Of a DNA stretch of 47,355 nucleotides, positions 44,994-47,355 are shown piece by piece. Below the pieces are notes generated by a model. That model was not told the origin of the DNA and searched no databases. It saw nothing but the letters and a program-made list of their open reading frames with translations. The stretch's first letter is position 1; each line of letters opens with the position of its first letter. The DNA is from Corallochytrium limacisporum Hawaii (Eukaryota > Protista > Pluriformea): assembly GCA_002811645.1 (NCBI GenBank), contig PDIP01000080.1, forward strand, positions 10,333-57,687, in the 5' to 3' direction. The translations under genes were made by a program, and so were the position numbers.

Positions 44994-46376
44994 ATGAGCC
45001 GAACTATAGCATATATCGCCATAGCGGCCCTCGGTTTGGGCCTTTTCGCAGTCCGTGCACTGGGATCTAGCAAGAAATGGACCGCTGAGCCACACCGTAA
45101 ACACCTCAAGGTCAGTGCGTGTGATGAAAAATTCGCAAAGGTTCTCGACCTGTTCCGCAGGCGTATCGAGAGCGGTGAGGACCTTGGCGGCTCCGTGTGC
45201 GTTTGGGTCGACGGTAAATGCGTTCTGGACGCTGTGGGCGGGTCTACCTCGAAAGGGTCGCCCGTAATGGAGGACACCCTCACGATGGTCTGGAGCAGTA
45301 CTAAATCCCAGACTTCCTTGGTTATCGCCATGCTGGTCGACCGCGGCCTGTTGGACTACGATCGGCCCATCTGCCACTACTGGCCCGAGTTTGCGAAGAA
45401 CGGTAAAGAAAAGATTACCGTTGGCGACTTAATGTCACATAGGGCCGGCCTGGCGGTCACTGATGAGCCCTTCCGGGACCCGACTCTGCTCTACAAACAC
45501 CGCCGTGCGGAATTGCGCAAGTTCTTAGAGCGTCAGAAACCGTCTCGCTATGGTGAAACCGGCTACCATACTTTCATGCGCGGTATCTACGCCTCCCAGC
45601 TTGTCGAAATGGTCGATCCCAAGGGACGAACCCTTGGCGAGTTCTATAGGGATGAAGTGGCACAAGTACTTGGCGCTGATTTCCACATCGGCACCTTGCC
45701 GAGGTCCGAGGAGCACCGGATCAAGACCGCTTGTGTGGACCCCGCTTGGTACAAGCGCTGGGTCATCAACCCCCAGTTGCGGTGCCCACTGGCATGGTTT
45801 AGCACCATGCGCTGTCTATTCAACCCAAACGAATGGCTGCGTAAGATGGATGTCGATCGCTTCTCCCAGGCCGCTATCAAGGGCAGCCACGTCTGGCGCA
45901 TCCTTTCCGGGATCATCCCTAACTCCGAGGACGGTCAGACGATGGACCCGGCCCGATGCCAGGACTTGGTCTACCTCCGGGGAGAGTGGCCCAGCAGCCA
46001 CGGCCTTGGAAATGCGCGTGCATTGGCCACCGTCGGCGCTGCGGTGGCATGCGGTGGTGCTCTGAACGGGAAACGCCTGCTCTCAGAAGGGTTTCTGCGG
46101 ACGCAGGCGTACCGTTCGGACGACGGTGAGGTCTGGGATCATGGACTGTGCCGTATGATTGACTATACCCGCTCTGGTTGGGCACATTTTGAGCCATACA
46201 TGTCCGGAGAGATCGAGGGATACGGATGGATGGGGGCCGGCGGCTCATACTGTATATGGCACCCGCAGTTAAAGATGTCATTCTCGTACGTGCCAATGAG
46301 CATGAACGCACGCTCTATCTACGGCTATCGTGGTGGTGACCTGCTGAGGATGACTTATCAGATTCTGCGGTCTTGA
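44994..46376 (+). CDS. Beta-lactamase-fold serine hydrolase, tandem paralog copy 2
   Basis: 460 aa, gap-free collinear with copy 1 (offset 3653 nt). SxxK is WSSTK (Ser codon 45294), with GYH and GWMGAGG. Confidence 0.92.
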   Translation: MSRTIAYIAIAALGLGLFAVRALGSSKKWTAEPHRKHLKVSACDEKFAKVLDLFRRRIESGEDLGGSVCVWVDGKCVLDAVGGSTSKGSPVMEDTLTMVWSSTKSQTSLVIAMLVDRGLLDYDRPICHYWPEFAKNGKEKITVGDLMSHRAGLAVTDEPFRDPTLLYKHRRAELRKFLERQKPSRYGETGYHTFMRGIYASQLVEMVDPKGRTLGEFYRDEVAQVLGADFHIGTLPRSEEHRIKTACVDPAWYKRWVINPQLRCPLAWFSTMRCLFNPNEWLRKMDVDRFSQAAIKGSHVWRILSGIIPNSEDGQTMDPARCQDLVYLRGEWPSSHGLGNARALATVGAAVACGGALNGKRLLSEGFLRTQAYRSDDGEVWDHGLCRMIDYTRSGWAHFEPYMSGEIEGYGWMGAGGSYCIWHPQLKMSFSYVPMSMNARSIYGYRGGDLLRMTYQILRS

Positions 46377-47355
46377 GGGAGAAGGTAGTCGTGATCGCCA
46401 CTCAAAAGCAAAACAGTCAGTGCATAACACGGGACCGCAAGCAGCAAAGTTAGAGCGAAAGTGATAAGAAATAAAGTTTACTTCATAGGCAATCACCGTG
46501 TCGGGAATACTATAAACTTGACGGGCAGAGCCCTGAGGACTTGGTGGAAGAACAGAAGAACACCCCTTAGCGAAGGTTAGATAGGGTAAGAAGCACTGTC
46601 AAGCGGACCCCTTTGAGCTCCCCAACATGGAACCACTGGACGCCCACTGGGGCCACATTCGCCGTGCGCGTTGCCAACGCGTCACGATGACGGGTCGCAT
46701 TTCTTCACGCGTTGATCGGGCAAATAATGCAAGCAGAGGGCCAAGTACAGCATCATGGTTGGTATGCAACGTGTGCTTACTGACATATTGCCCTATCACT
46801 CCCCCATTATACACGTTCATATACACATCCAAGGAAGGCACAACTCACTCTGCACTCTCTGAGCATCTTCAGCTCCTGACCCCAACGAAAGGAGACTCCC
46901 CTGACGGCATCAACGGCGTACATTATCTAAACATACCAGTCACACATAGAGCATGTACACCAACAACATGATGCCCAAATCAAAACCTAAGCCCCCGGGG
47001 GCAATAGAACTCACTCTTCTGGCATCTCCCCCCTCACTCTCTCCCGGTTGGTTCCCTGTCTTCTTCCCCCCGGGGGCCCCAAAGGCTACTTCCCCCGGTC
47101 CAAATCCTTCTCCCGATTTCTCAGCCATTTTCCAAATGGGGAAGACCCTGTGCCCGTAACGGCAGGTGTAGATTTAGACCCAGAGTTTTAGGCCTCCTTG
47201 AAGAGAAAAAGTTACGCGGTGGCCAACCCCCCCCCCTCTCCTCCTCCTCGCGTACCTCCATCTTCTCGTTCTTTTCCTATGGTACTATCCTCTGCGTCGA
47301 AATATTGCTCCAAATCATATTTAATCAACCGGAATAAGGAGGGAGGGAGAAATTC

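Noticed and set aside
31682-46376. Ferric reductase + 2OG-Fe(II) dioxygenase + beta-lactamase-fold pair as a beta-lactam or secondary-metabolite cluster
   Set aside because: No backbone enzyme (NRPS/PKS) or transporter, wide spacing, and all are large common families; the IPNS-like and beta-lactamase-like labels describe folds only.

Overview
Eukaryotic genomic DNA. All recognisable genes are single uninterrupted ORFs, spacers are long and carry microsatellites and G/C homopolymers, and there are three N-gaps. The organism cannot be identified from the sequence. The main feature is a compact six-gene cluster at about 2.7-19 kb that looks like a beta-glucan (cellulose-like) synthesis locus. 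It contains two paralogous CesA/BcsA-type GT2 synthases, one with all catalytic motifs intact and one with several key motifs degenerate. It also contains three type II membrane proteins with LEA_2/DUF3712-like beta-rich ectodomains and a shared C-x8-CC...C-x10-C cysteine signature; the third is fused to a GH9 endoglucanase-like domain that appears to lack its catalytic Glu. A putative GPI-anchored secreted protein closes the cluster. The rest of the window is gene-poor: small secreted Cys-rich or repeat peptides (two apparently disrupted), a ferric reductase (FRE/NOX superfamily), a 2OG-Fe(II) dioxygenase and two tandem beta-lactamase-fold serine hydrolases with a gene-conversion-like mosaic. 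All family assignments come from recognising motifs by eye; no searches were run.
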